From Planctomycetota bacterium (GTDB lineage Bacteria > Planctomycetota > UBA8108 > SXIK01), in contig OZ244999.1 of the NCBI GenBank assembly GCA_965223265.1, positions 6,048,001-6,112,000 on the forward strand: a stretch of 64,000 bases of DNA. The letters are read 5' to 3'. Position numbers and translations under genes: made by a program. Below the pieces are notes generated by a model. It was not told the DNA's origin. It saw only the letters and a list, made by a program, of their open reading frames with translations, and did no database searches. Shown piece by piece: positions 10,200-19,998 of this stretch. The stretch's first letter is position 1. Each line of letters begins with the position of its first letter.

Positions 10200-13100
10200 T
10201 CGCAGCGCCGTCGACCGCATCGTCGGTTCACTTCTTCATCTGCCGGAAGACGAAGCGATCCGCCAGCTCGAAACAACCTACGGCAAGAGCGCCGAGGTCG
10301 AGGATGCCCGACAGTTGATTCGCGCTTATCATAGAATGCCATCGATCTTGAAGACCGATGCATTCGCGAGCGCGGCCGCCGCACCAGCAGACCTCGTCGG
10401 ATCGGAGATCGACCAGTACCACATCGTGGAGCAAATTGGGCGTGGCGGTATGGGAGTCGTCTATCGCGCCAAACAGGCAAATCTCAAACGCCCAGTCGCG
10501 ATCAAAGTGATCGCGAGTCCCTCCGATCGTATGACGCAGCGATTTCTCCTCGAGGGGGAAATCCTTGCTGGGCTCTCGTCGCCCTACGTCGCCACGGTAC
10601 ACGACTCCGGGAGACTCCCGGACAAACGCCCCTACTTGGTCATGGACCTCATCGACGGCCCGACGATCACGGACTACTGCCGTGAGGAAAACGTCGCGCT
10701 CGACGCACGCCTGCGTCTCTTCTGCCAGGTGTGCGAAGGCGTCCACAGCATCCACCAAAAGGGCGTCATCCACCGCGATCTGAAACCAGGGAACATACTG
10801 ATCCAGCGCGAACCGAAGCCACCGATACCGCGCATCCTCGATTTTGGGATCGCTAAGACGATGGACTCGACGGATCACCTGACCCGCGAAGGGCAGCCGA
10901 TCGGAACGCTCGTCTATATGAGCCCTGAGCGCATCGATGAACCCGATCACTCCGAGGATGTCATAGATGACGTCTATTCACTCGGGATCGTTCTCTATGA
11001 AATCCTTACCGATCGACTGCCATGGACTCGTAGTGAGAAGTCGATGCGAACGCAAATCTTGGAGGGCAACCTGACGTTACCGAGCAAGGTCGTTTCAAAG
11101 GCGTCCACGGCAAGAAGCATCAAGGCGGATCTCGACAACATCGTCATGACCTCCACAGCGCTTGAACGCGGGCGACGATACGATTCGGCGCTGGCGCTCA
11201 AGGCGGACGTCGAACGATTCTTGCACGGTCTCCCCGTCGAAGCGACGCCGCCCTCTCTCGGCTACCGAGCGCGTAAGTTTTGCAAACGTCGTCCGATGAC
11301 CGTCGTCACCCTTGCGCTGCTCGCGGCGCTCTCGGCGTTCGCCATATGGAGCTTCTTGCTGGCCAGAGACAAGCGAATCGGAGACTACTATGCGGCGATT
11401 AGCGACATCCGTACTCTCCTTCACGAGCCGCGTCTGGGGTTCCGCAGCCAGACCCTCGCATCGTTTCACGATCTCGCGGCAGCAGACATCGACGCTCGCG
11501 ACCACTACGAACTGCGGAGTCTCTACTTGAGCGTCTCGTCCATGTACGACCTCGAGAAGGAACACACCTTAGCAGTAGGAATCGATGCGTACACCCTTGC
11601 GTTCAGTCCAGATGGTCGACGCCTCGCGATCGGTCAGAACGTGCGAGAGGGGCCGTGTTCCGTGAAGCTGTACGATCCTGTCACCGGGAAAGAGCATAAG
11701 GAGCTTACTCTTCCTCTCTCGGCGCGCGGCGTGCGCGCGCTTCAGTTCGCGCGGGACAGCCGCGGATTGTTCGTGGGCGTACGGTCGGGGGCTGTCCTTT
11801 CGTGGAGGGATGTTGACGTCCCTGAGGAGTTTAACCAGCTAACCCAAATGACCGGCTGGGTGCGGGACATCAAACTCACGCCGACGCCAAACGTTCTCCT
11901 GATCTCGGATGGCCACCATCTCAAAACCATTGATGACCGATCGGGTGAGATCATTTGGCGATTCACGCATTCTCACCGGGGGATGGGCGGAGAAGTCAGA
12001 GCAGAACCCGCGAGCGGGGATGTCTTTTGGGGTGGGCATGTGGGGCTCTTACGGCTCGAAGATGTCAAACCCGGAGAGTACACCCATCGTCCGTTCAGAC
12101 GTTTCAAGCCCGCCATTGAGAGGTTCACGTTCGTACCTTCAAGCAGGCAACTGATCGTGGGTTCTCGGGGAAGGCTTTTTTCTGCCGACTCCAACATGGT
12201 TGAGTATCAAAGGTTTCGCGATCCGCATCTGGAGTTCGCACACTCCCAGACAGGAGAGATTCGCAGTCTTGACTTGAGCCCGGATGAACTCTTGGTGATT
12301 TCCGGCTCGAGTGACCGCGCTGCCAAACTATGGCACCGGGGAACAGGTGAGTTACTGGCTCGAATTCCTGTGGCTGGCAAGGGCAACGTCGCCGTCGCTT
12401 TCAGCCCCGATGGCGACCGACTAGCGGTGACGGAGAACAGAGCAACAGTAATCTACAAGATCGAAGGACCGGGAAACTCACAGGGAACGACACGAAACCC
12501 GTTTCGCTTCGTTGCAGTCCAGGAGCGCCCGGTCGCGTCATTTGCGTTTTCTCTCTCCGGGAGAATGGCGACTGTCAGCGGCGGCGAACAGGGAGTTCTA
12601 ACATCTCTTTGGGAGATGCGAGGCGCAGCCAACTTCCGTCGACGCGCCTCCAAGCCCATCAACGGGCGTGTCCTCCTGGACGAATCGGCCGCCATGGCTG
12701 TAAGTCCAGACGCCAGCCTGGTGGCTTTCTTCACAGACCCTGATTCCGTCCTTAGTGTGAGCCAACTGGCCGTATGGAGCCATGAAAGCGGATCCATCGT
12801 ACGCCCCGGAACAGAAACTCGCGTCAAATGTCTGACGTTCGCTATGGAAGCGCTGTCGGCAACTTGTGGGAAGAGACATGGAGAGAAACTCGTCCAGTGG
12901 CGGCCAGGCGAGTCGGAAACCACGACGTTCTTTACCAACACCGACGATGCAGGACTGCCCGGCATAGGTGCGATCGTTGTACGCGAGAGCTATACAGCCA
13001 TCGGAGGAGACAACGGACTGATCAAGACGCTCGACCTCGACGGCCAAGTCAGCCACATACTCTCGACGTCGCGCTCCAATCCAATCACCGCAATGTCGGC

Positions 13101-13476
13101 AAGCGCGGACGGAGCCGAGCTCGTAGTCGGAACAGACTCCGGGAAAGTCTTCACCGTACAGGTCGACGAAAGTCTGAGACTCACGGAAGGGGTACAACTC
13201 CCTCCACACTTCGCGCGCGTCAATTCCGCCGCCATCTCCCCCGCGGCCAGTCTGATCGCAACAGCCGGACGAGATCGAACGGTCCGGCTGCTCCGGCGGA
13301 AAGGCAACGAGTGGGAACCGCTCTTTCAGCGCACGTTCCAAGCACCGGTCGCCCGCATCCAGTTCACCCCCGACGGCAACAACCTAGGAGTCCTCGTCTT
13401 GCGGGAAAGACAGGTGCGCCTGTGGGACATCGCGGCGATCCGGGAGGAGTTGGGGTCGGTGGGGTTGGGGTGGTAG
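10189..13476 (+). CDS. Ser/Thr protein kinase with C-terminal WD40 repeats
   Basis: IGRGGMGVVY, VAIK, HRDLKPGN, DFG, GTLVYMSPE; TM segment; FSPDG / ATAGRDRTVRL / VRLWD WD40 motifs. Confidence 0.95.
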   Translation: MPIDRSAVDRIVGSLLHLPEDEAIRQLETTYGKSAEVEDARQLIRAYHRMPSILKTDAFASAAAAPADLVGSEIDQYHIVEQIGRGGMGVVYRAKQANLKRPVAIKVIASPSDRMTQRFLLEGEILAGLSSPYVATVHDSGRLPDKRPYLVMDLIDGPTITDYCREENVALDARLRLFCQVCEGVHSIHQKGVIHRDLKPGNILIQREPKPPIPRILDFGIAKTMDSTDHLTREGQPIGTLVYMSPERIDEPDHSEDVIDDVYSLGIVLYEILTDRLPWTRSEKSMRTQILEGNLTLPSKVVSKASTARSIKADLDNIVMTSTALERGRRYDSALALKADVERFLHGLPVEATPPSLGYRARKFCKRRPMTVVTLALLAALSAFAIWSFLLARDKRIGDYYAAISDIRTLLHEPRLGFRSQTLASFHDLAAADIDARDHYELRSLYLSVSSMYDLEKEHTLAVGIDAYTLAFSPDGRRLAIGQNVREGPCSVKLYDPVTGKEHKELTLPLSARGVRALQFARDSRGLFVGVRSGAVLSWRDVDVPEEFNQLTQMTGWVRDIKLTPTPNVLLISDGHHLKTIDDRSGEIIWRFTHSHRGMGGEVRAEPASGDVFWGGHVGLLRLEDVKPGEYTHRPFRRFKPAIERFTFVPSSRQLIVGSRGRLFSADSNMVEYQRFRDPHLEFAHSQTGEIRSLDLSPDELLVISGSSDRAAKLWHRGTGELLARIPVAGKGNVAVAFSPDGDRLAVTENRATVIYKIEGPGNSQGTTRNPFRFVAVQERPVASFAFSLSGRMATVSGGEQGVLTSLWEMRGAANFRRRASKPINGRVLLDESAAMAVSPDASLVAFFTDPDSVLSVSQLAVWSHESGSIVRPGTETRVKCLTFAMEALSATCGKRHGEKLVQWRPGESETTTFFTNTDDAGLPGIGAIVVRESYTAIGGDNGLIKTLDLDGQVSHILSTSRSNPITAMSASADGAELVVGTDSGKVFTVQVDESLRLTEGVQLPPHFARVNSAAISPAASLIATAGRDRTVRLLRRKGNEWEPLFQRTFQAPVARIQFTPDGNNLGVLVLRERQVRLWDIAAIREELGSVGLGW

Positions 13477-13490
13477 TTTGCGCGACCGGC

Positions 13491-14186
13491 TCAATATTCC
13501 GTGTTGAGTATCTCGCGGAGAGCGCGGCTATCGACGCCAACGCATGTGACGACAGACCACACCTCACCGCGTTTCAGCTCGACGTACGTTGGTACGTGCC
13601 CCTCAATCGTCGGCAGATAGGCCATTAGCGAGCCGCGACCGTTCGCCTTGGAGCCACCGCTCCACCAGAACAAGGCTGCTTGGGGCACCAGACTCTTCAG
13701 TCTTCTTGACGCGTTGGAGCTGCTGGTTTGGTGGCGGTGCAGCGCGATTGGCTCGTCGGTGAGTCGGCCGAAGAAATCTTGTGAGACGACACGATTCGGA
13801 ACGAACGGAGGAATCACAAGTTCAGAAGAAGCGACTCCGAACGACCCGAGACACTGGTGAGAAAACCGCAGCCACCGCTGGCTGAACCAGTTGTCGATTT
13901 TCACGACGTAACTCGCCACTGGTTCGTAGAGCTCACCAAGCCGGTGCAAGGCGGCGAGTACGAACCGTGCGAACGCAGGATCGTCCGTTTCCTCGACATG
14001 GAGTGTGACGTCTGGAATCACCACTGTTCTTCCTGAGCTAATCTTGAACTTCAGCCGCACGCAGCGGCAGCGCCACTGCGAATGCAACCACTGTGACCGT
14101 ATCTGGAACCAGTCGCAATCCTTTCCAAGCTGAGTGCACGAACAGAGATGCACAAGACGGATGACTGAAGATGATTCTTGGTTCAT
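13491..14186 (-). CDS. hypothetical protein
   Basis: 231-aa ORF convergent with the kinase; VVKIDNWF..RWL.FS...IPPFVPNRV looks like a conserved core; the true start is probably further in. Confidence 0.5.
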   Translation of the reverse strand: MNQESSSVIRLVHLCSCTQLGKDCDWFQIRSQWLHSQWRCRCVRLKFKISSGRTVVIPDVTLHVEETDDPAFARFVLAALHRLGELYEPVASYVVKIDNWFSQRWLRFSHQCLGSFGVASSELVIPPFVPNRVVSQDFFGRLTDEPIALHRHQTSSSNASRRLKSLVPQAALFWWSGGSKANGRGSLMAYLPTIEGHVPTYVELKRGEVWSVVTCVGVDSRALREILNTEY

Positions 14187-14603
14187 GAAGCAATCCGCGT
14201 ATCAGGAATCGACTGAACAAAGGTTGTCATGGATTGAGGAAGAATCAATCATGAATTTCCGTCCGACTCACCGGCGTACCAGTGGTCCGACACCTCAGCG
14301 AAAGAGTCCTTCCCAGGACGGAAGGCTCGAGTGATGGTGCTTGGACGTCCGCACGACTTTCGGGAATGGGGACTTCTTCTGATCTTGGCTTCGGTCACAG
14401 GCTCGCCGCCAGATCGGGCTCCTCTCAACGGCAGGAAACAGCGCCTCCGGCGTTTCGATTGCAGCGGCAAAGAAAGCGTTGACGTTAAAGGTGAGAATCC
14501 TCCTCGCAGAGTTCTTCTGCGTTGCAGATCGAAACTTCAGTCAGCGCCGGGGGACCGGCGAAGTAGTAAGGAGAGGCTCGGTTGGCCGCCACGCGCTTGC
14601 ACC

Positions 14604-14948
14604 TTACGCCGTCGATCTGATCGCCTGGAAGCGGCGCAGGACGCCCCCAACGAGAATCCTCCAACGTGAGCGATTTCCCCGGAAAGGATCTTCGCGTGAA
14701 GCGTTCGAGATCAGGTGCCCAGAGATGCTCGTCAGCCAGCTCCAGTGGCTCTTGTCATCAGATCCGCGAAAAACACAGGCGCGTTCGAACACCTTGAGCA
14801 AAGCTTCTTGAACGACGTCCTCGGATTCAATTCTTGCTCGAAGGCGTGGCGTCGCGCAGGTAGATGAAACGGTGAAAAAAGTTGACGCGGTGAGGTAGCA
14901 GGGGGTGTTCCCGTCGGCGAGCCAAACAGAAGTGCGCTGTACCGACAC
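14604..14948 (-). pseudogene. degraded ECF sigma factor fragment (region 2)
   Basis: PRLRARIESEDVVQEALLKVF...FRG....WSWLTSI resembles planctomycete ECF region 2; no region 4 in frame. Confidence 0.5.
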
Positions 14949-14977
14949 GGTTCACCGGACCCATGCACTCTACGAAG

Positions 14978-15157
14978 CTATTCCGCCGCCGCCAGAATCA
15001 ACCGCCGCATCCACTCCGCCACCGTCAGTCCTTCGCGCCTGGCGGCGCGCGTGATCAGTCGATGCTCCGCGTCGGTAACGCGGAGGTTGACGATCTTGCC
15101 TTTGTACTTTGATCTCGCGACCTTGGGTCGTCCTCTTTTCTTCTTTTTCTTTGTCAT
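14978..15157 (-). CDS. ribbon-helix-helix DNA-binding protein (59 aa, not in the ORF track)
   Basis: Manual translation MTKKKKKRGRPKVARSKYKGKIVNLRVTDAEHRLITRAARREGLTVAEWMRRLILAAAE*; RGRP followed by beta-helix-helix pattern. Confidence 0.75.
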   Translation of the reverse strand: MTKKKKKRGRPKVARSKYKGKIVNLRVTDAEHRLITRAARREGLTVAEWMRRLILAAAE

Positions 15158-15537
15158 GATTAGATTCTATGGGAAATTTTCCGATGTACAAAATATTTTG
15201 TTGAAACTTGTTTGTGAGACTTTAAAGTTATAGTAGTGCAGTTGATCGTGCGCTGAAGAGATGCTCGCGGTGATTGATCCGCGCTTTCTCTTCTTCGCAC
15301 ACTGACGTGTGAGCGTCGGCGGCACAGTGGGATGCTTCTTCGGAAGAGCGCAGATGTGGTTCGTTTGCCCTTCTCGACGAAGCCAGCATCACGCAGTGCT
15401 GCGCGTGCTCAACTGCGACCACAACGGCGTTCTCCTTGGACGGTCCGGGAGAACAAGAAAGCAGAAAGCGGAGCTCTGCCAAACGTCTTGGCGGACAAGC
15501 AGAGCTCCAATCACCACCACCTTTTCAGGAGGCAGCT

Positions 15538-16539
15538 ATGCCAAACTCTACCGTCGCTTCTACCCGTCCCGCAACTTTTGCATCGGAACGATTCGATGTG
15601 GGAGGCGCTTCAGATGCTCCGCCCCTACCGGACGCAGAAGCGACAGCTCGCACGGAAGCGATCGTCGGCCGCGACGTTGATCGCCGCAACGCCCACCAAA
15701 CCGGCGCATACAGAACGGCATCCGTCACCGACGCCGACCTTGCCGCTTTCGAAGCCGCCCTTCCCAACGTCGCCCGGCTCCGCCGCCTCGCGCTGAGCGC
15801 TACCGCGCGAAGCGATTGGACGAACGTTGGCGGCCAGCCCTACCTTGGCGTCGCCGGCTGCATGAAGATCGCTGCGCTTTTCGGCGCCAGCCTCACCGGC
15901 ACACGCGTTCAGGCTGTACGCGACGACGCTGGCGAAAGCGACGTCATCCGCTACGTGGCCCGCACGACCGCCCGCTTCCTTGGCCGCCGGGTTGAAGTTG
16001 AGGGTGTAGCCAGCTCGAGCGAGAGCTTCTTCTCACGCCGCCGCGGCAAGAGATTGCCGCTCTCGGAGATCGATCTGAGCGCGGTGCGCAAGAAGGCCGT
16101 CACGAACGCTCAAATCCGCGCCGTCAAATGCATCCTCGGGCTTGGCGGAATCACCTGGGAGGAAGTGCGCGCCGCCGGCGTCACGAAGGACGGTGTTGCC
16201 GCCGTCGACTTTGGCCGCCGTGGCGAACAGGAGACACCCTCAGTACGCCAACCGGCCAGCGCTGTCACGAGACCACAGCCACGTCGGCTCGACCCAGCCC
16301 GGCGGCGCCTCTATGACATCCTCCTTGAGCTCGGCACCCACCAGCAGGTGCGCTTCGACGAATCCTTGCGCCACTACTCACGCCGCCGCGGCTCCGATGG
16401 CGAAAGCCAGTGCGCCGAGCGGATCAGCGATCTTGACGACGCCTGGCTGCAGGAAACCCTCGAGCGCGTCGAGCACGACTGGCGCGAGATCCCTGTGGGG
16501 CAGCTCGCGAGCTGCATCAGCTCGGAGCAAGGCGACTGA
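15538..16539 (+). CDS. phage-like hypothetical protein (possible ssDNA-annealing/recombination family)
   Basis: GGAGG RBS before ATG 15538; DW...GGQPYL...GCMKIA.LFG and KKAVTNA..RA motifs reminiscent of phage recombination-type proteins. Confidence 0.55.
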   Translation: MPNSTVASTRPATFASERFDVGGASDAPPLPDAEATARTEAIVGRDVDRRNAHQTGAYRTASVTDADLAAFEAALPNVARLRRLALSATARSDWTNVGGQPYLGVAGCMKIAALFGASLTGTRVQAVRDDAGESDVIRYVARTTARFLGRRVEVEGVASSSESFFSRRRGKRLPLSEIDLSAVRKKAVTNAQIRAVKCILGLGGITWEEVRAAGVTKDGVAAVDFGRRGEQETPSVRQPASAVTRPQPRRLDPARRRLYDILLELGTHQQVRFDESLRHYSRRRGSDGESQCAERISDLDDAWLQETLERVEHDWREIPVGQLASCISSEQGD

Positions 16540-16599
16540 CCACGCTCTCGGCGACGGCCACATGAACTGAGAGCTGCGCGTGGTGAGCCGGAGCACCAC

Positions 16600-16767
16600 G
16601 CGCCCTCTCCCCCGGCGCTGCGCGCCGCTGGTGGCGAGGCCGCATCCGAGGGCGTAGCGCAGCGGCGTCTGAGCGAACGACGCCTCGCGGCGTTCGCGTC
16701 TCGCCGCGGAGCGAAGACCGAGGACGGCCCGAGCCGCCAGCAGCGCGCAGCGCCGGGGGAGAGGCGC
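16600..16767. repeat. long inverted repeat (MITE/REP-like), ~35-bp arms
   Basis: 16600-16635 gcgccctctcccccggcgctgcgcgccgctggtggc is nearly the reverse complement of 16733-16767; extra 10-bp hairpin gcgcgtggtg/caccacgcgc at ~16576-16603. Confidence 0.8.
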
Positions 16768-16778
16768 TCGTTCGTCGT

Positions 16779-16955
16779 TCAACCCATCTCGTTCACGAAA
16801 GACCAGTCAACCGCCGCGTGCAGCTCCGGAGCCGCTTTGATTTCTCGTTCCACGCTCCGCGGAACAATGATCCTTCCATAGAGAGCTCGCAACAGCTGAT
16901 AGTGACCAATCTGATGCAGATAGCTCAGCGGCGACGTATCGCTGACGACGATCAC
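16779..16955 (-). pseudogene. truncated DUF3368-type PIN toxin
   Basis: GTG overlaps the antitoxin stop; (M)IVVSDTSPLSYLHQIGHYQLLRALYGRIIVPRSVERE... stops after 58 aa. Confidence 0.75.
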
Positions 16956-17194
16956 ATTCTGCCCAGCTCTTTCAGGTCCTCGACGTCGCTTTTCAGATCC
17001 TCGAGCGTGTAGAGACTGATGTCGTGACCAGCCAGTGCCTCCTCGAAAGCCCTTCGAGACAGCCCTGAAAGTCGGAGCGCTTCCCCGTGAGAAATACGCC
17101 GCTCTGCGTAGAGATGCACGGCAAGCTCGAGGAGGCAGTCCTGCTCCGTCAAGCCGGCTCGCTGCAAAATGTCGTCAGGAAGGTTCAGCGTCAT
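16952..17194 (-). CDS. UPF0175-family antitoxin
   Basis: MTLNLPDDIL...LELAVHLYAERRISHGEALRLSGLSR..F...L....YTLEDLKSDVE; directly upstream of the PIN fragment. Confidence 0.8.
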   Translation of the reverse strand: MTLNLPDDILQRAGLTEQDCLLELAVHLYAERRISHGEALRLSGLSRRAFEEALAGHDISLYTLEDLKSDVEDLKELGRM

Positions 17195-17475
17195 AGAACC
17201 TGATTGTATCACCTTTTCTGGCTCGTGTGCCACAACGCGGCGCCGCTCGTGTTCTAACCGGTTTCGACAGTACCCACCGGACTGAACGCCCTCGCTTGCA
17301 ACACTTCCAGCCACGTCGAAAAAAACTTCCCAGATTCCGTTTCGCACATCCGCCGTTTGCGGCAACTAAGAGGTGGAAGCGTGCATCGCGCACGCTCGCG
17401 TCACTCATTCGACACTCTCTGGCACTCTTCAGGAGGCTTCTTTTGCTCAGCGTACCTTTTCCGACCCGCTCGCTC

Positions 17476-17898
17476 ATGACAATCGCCGTGACGCTCACGG
17501 CGCTGCTCTTCGTCACCCTTTCCGCCTCGTGCATCTCCCTCTTTCGGCCCGCGGCCAGGAGCCCCCACCAGCTCCACCGACCCGACGGCACCACCGTGGT
17601 CTGCTATGAACCGCCGGCCGAGGTCGTGCCTAGCGCCGTGAGAGCGCGAATCGACGCCAAGATTCCCGACGTCATCGAAGTCCTCGAAGCGCAGCTTGAA
17701 ATCGAGGAGACGCTCGTTCGCATCCGCTCGGAGGTTCACAATCTGCAGGCTGTCGAAGCGCTCGAGTTTCGCCTTTGCGCCGCCTGGGCGCAGGGGGTTC
17801 TCAGTGAGGAGCTCTACCGGGAGTTTCTGTTTGAGGTGTTGCCGCTTTTGCGAGAAGCGTGTCGCGAGCACGACGTCGAAGAGAGGAGGAACGCATGA
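17476..17898 (+). CDS. exported hypothetical protein
   Basis: Hydrophobic N-terminus ending in Cys; stop overlaps the next ATG (ATGA). Confidence 0.55.
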   Translation: MTIAVTLTALLFVTLSASCISLFRPAARSPHQLHRPDGTTVVCYEPPAEVVPSAVRARIDAKIPDVIEVLEAQLEIEETLVRIRSEVHNLQAVEALEFRLCAAWAQGVLSEELYREFLFEVLPLLREACREHDVEERRNA

Positions 17899-18215
17899 CG
17901 ATGATCGGAGAGGAACGCCTCTACACCTTCAGTGAGATCGCCGCCGTTCTTCCGCGCATCAACGGCAAGAAGATCCACGTCTCCACACTTCACCGATGGT
18001 GCCGCCGCGGCGTTCGCGGCGTTCAGCTCGAGTTCCGCATGCTCGGCGGGCGCATGCTCACCTCAGTGGAGGCCGTCGAGCGCTTCTCTCGCCAACTCGC
18101 CGAATGCGAACGACAGCCACGGCCGTATGCTCGACGCTCGACGCGAGAGGATTCTCGCCGCCGCGAGGAACGGATCAATCAAGCTCAAAGGATACTCGAC
18201 GAAGCGGGCATCTGA
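17895..18215 (+). CDS. DUF1580-like HTH protein (excisionase-like)
   Basis: GGAGG RBS; GKKIHVSTLHRWCRRGVRGVQLE...GGR.LTSVEAVERF; next to an integrase. Confidence 0.8.
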   Translation: MTMIGEERLYTFSEIAAVLPRINGKKIHVSTLHRWCRRGVRGVQLEFRMLGGRMLTSVEAVERFSRQLAECERQPRPYARRSTREDSRRREERINQAQRILDEAGI

Positions 18216-18521
18216 CGACGCGGTCTCCGGGACCTGTTCGACGCCAAGATACTCGAGTCAACGCGAGGCAGTTGGAATCACCGTTCTTCACCGACCCCCG
18301 GACCAGAATGCCATCCCACCACATAGTCCGCTGAGCCCTAACCAGCGCGGTAGCGGGATAGCCAACCGTCGATAAAGGTCGGCCGAGACATTCTCTGTTG
18401 TCGCGGCCCTTCGACGCCAGGCTACGTATCCCGCAAGCTGTGAACTTCGTTGGGATACACGCAACACCGCTCAGGTCATACGGCTCGAACGCGCGACCGA
18501 AGAATCTCCCGGCCTCGAACC

Positions 18522-19708
18522 TCATCCAATCCTCTTCGCGATCTCCACCGCCTGCTGGGCGTCGAGCTCGGCGTATGTGTCTGTGACCGAGACCGATCGG
18601 TGGCCGAGAATGATTCTGGCGGCGTCGACGCCGAACTCTCGGCGCAGCTTCGTCGCTGCGGCATGTCGCAGCTGATGCGGGTGAAAGCGCTCGACCCCTG
18701 CGCGCTCACACGCGCGAGCGACTGCATGAGCATACGAGTCCCTTCTGTATCGATCCCCGGGCCTGCGCTTCGGCACCTCGCGGCGATTCGTGCCCGGCGC
18801 GTTTCCTTGGCCGAGCGGAGTACACCTTCCTGCGTGGCGTTTCTCTAAACGTTCCCGCTCTGCTTCTCGCGACGAGAAACAGTACGCCATCGGCGGTCGG
18901 TCGCTCAGAAACGGTGCGGTCGTCTCCTGGGCTTTTGGCCCGAGGAAGATCTCACGCGCTTGACCGCGATGGAGCGACTTGTGCTGCTCCGGACGATAGA
19001 TCCACACCTCCCCCTCCCTGTCGACGTCGCACGGTCGCATCGACAGAATCTCGTCGGAGCGCGCCGCCGTCAACTGCTGCAAACAAATGACCGCCCAGAC
19101 TTGCCGCGACACGTAGGGCCGCACCCTTTCAACAACCTCAGGCGCCACGGGTCTCACCTTGCGCGCCTCGCGCGCACTCGTGCGCCCGCGTCTCAGTCCG
19201 TCGACCGCCTGCAGCGCCTGATAAACCGACGCGTCCACGAGCTCCTCTGCCACCGCCCACTTGAACACCTGCCGGATGCGCCTGACAGCAGAGTTCACCG
19301 TGTGACGCGCGAGGTCCTTCGCAACGAAACACTCCCGAACAGTCTTCAACGCCCGCGGTCCAAACTCGCTCGCTCTCACATGCCCATAGTGATCCTTCAG
19401 CACGCGAAGGACGTTTCTGAAGTTCCCGAGCTCGCTCGTCGCTCTTCCGTCCGCTCGCCTGTAGTAAGTCTGCGCGTGCTGCCAAAAGCGGGCTGCAACC
19501 TCGAGCACCGTGATGTCGTCCGATTTCGCGTGCGGCGCCAACGCGGCACCGCCAGCCAACCACTCGGCGACCAAGCGCCGATACTCCCGGCGGCTCTCTT
19601 CCGTGCCGTACTCGCCAAGGTAGATCCGCCTGCCACTGAGCTCGACGAAGGCCAGATCGGGGCGCTCCCCACGTCTCTCTGGCGGCGGTACTTCGGCTTT
19701 CTCGCCAT
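18522..19708 (-). pseudogene. tyrosine integrase with a 1-nt frameshift near codon 11
   Basis: TAARSDE (R), HQLRH, ILGH, TDTY catalytic motifs; MARKPKYRRQR start (GGAGG RBS) is out of frame with RGERPDLAFVELSGRRIYLG at the AG tract ~19672-19680. Confidence 0.85.
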
Positions 19709-19722
19709 TGCGACTCCTCCCG

Positions 19723-19739
19723 GTATACGTTCGTATACG
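19723..19739. promoter_or_regulatory. GTATACG direct repeat, candidate integrase arm-type site
   Basis: GTATACG at 19723 and 19733, between the att fragment and the left integrase start. Confidence 0.35.
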
Positions 19740-19814
19740 GGTTACAGCCGCCCCTCCCCCCGGATTCGGGGGACGAGGGTATCCCTAACTCAGGGATTCG
19801 GCGGGAATTAAAAG

Positions 19815-19862
19815 TGGTCGGGGTGACTGGATTCGAACCAACGACCTCCTGCTCCCAAAGCA
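19815..19862 (-). repeat. att site: 3' part of tRNA-Pro(TGG) (not an intact tRNA)
   Basis: Minus strand TGCTTTGGGAGCAGGAGGTCGTTGGTTCGAATCCAGTCACCCCGACCA has the anticodon loop, T-arm and CCA; no D-arm or 5' acceptor strand upstream. Confidence 0.85.
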
Positions 19863-19953
19863 CGTCAGGGGTTTTCGCAACATCCTGTTAATACTTTTGA
19901 TATAATGGGTTACGAAACTAAAGAGAACTCCGAAATAGTATAGTTTACTCGTC

Positions 19954-19973
19954 TACAGACAACATACAGACAA
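19954..19973. promoter_or_regulatory. TACAGACAA direct repeat, candidate integrase arm-type site
   Basis: Copies at 19954 and 19965 (11-bp period), in the AT-rich spacer before the right integrase. Confidence 0.4.
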
Positions 19974-19998
19974 ACATTCACCCAGGAAAAGCCCGTCG

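Noticed and set aside
19815-19862. Intact tRNA-Pro gene
   Set aside because: The 5' half is absent; treated as an att duplication.
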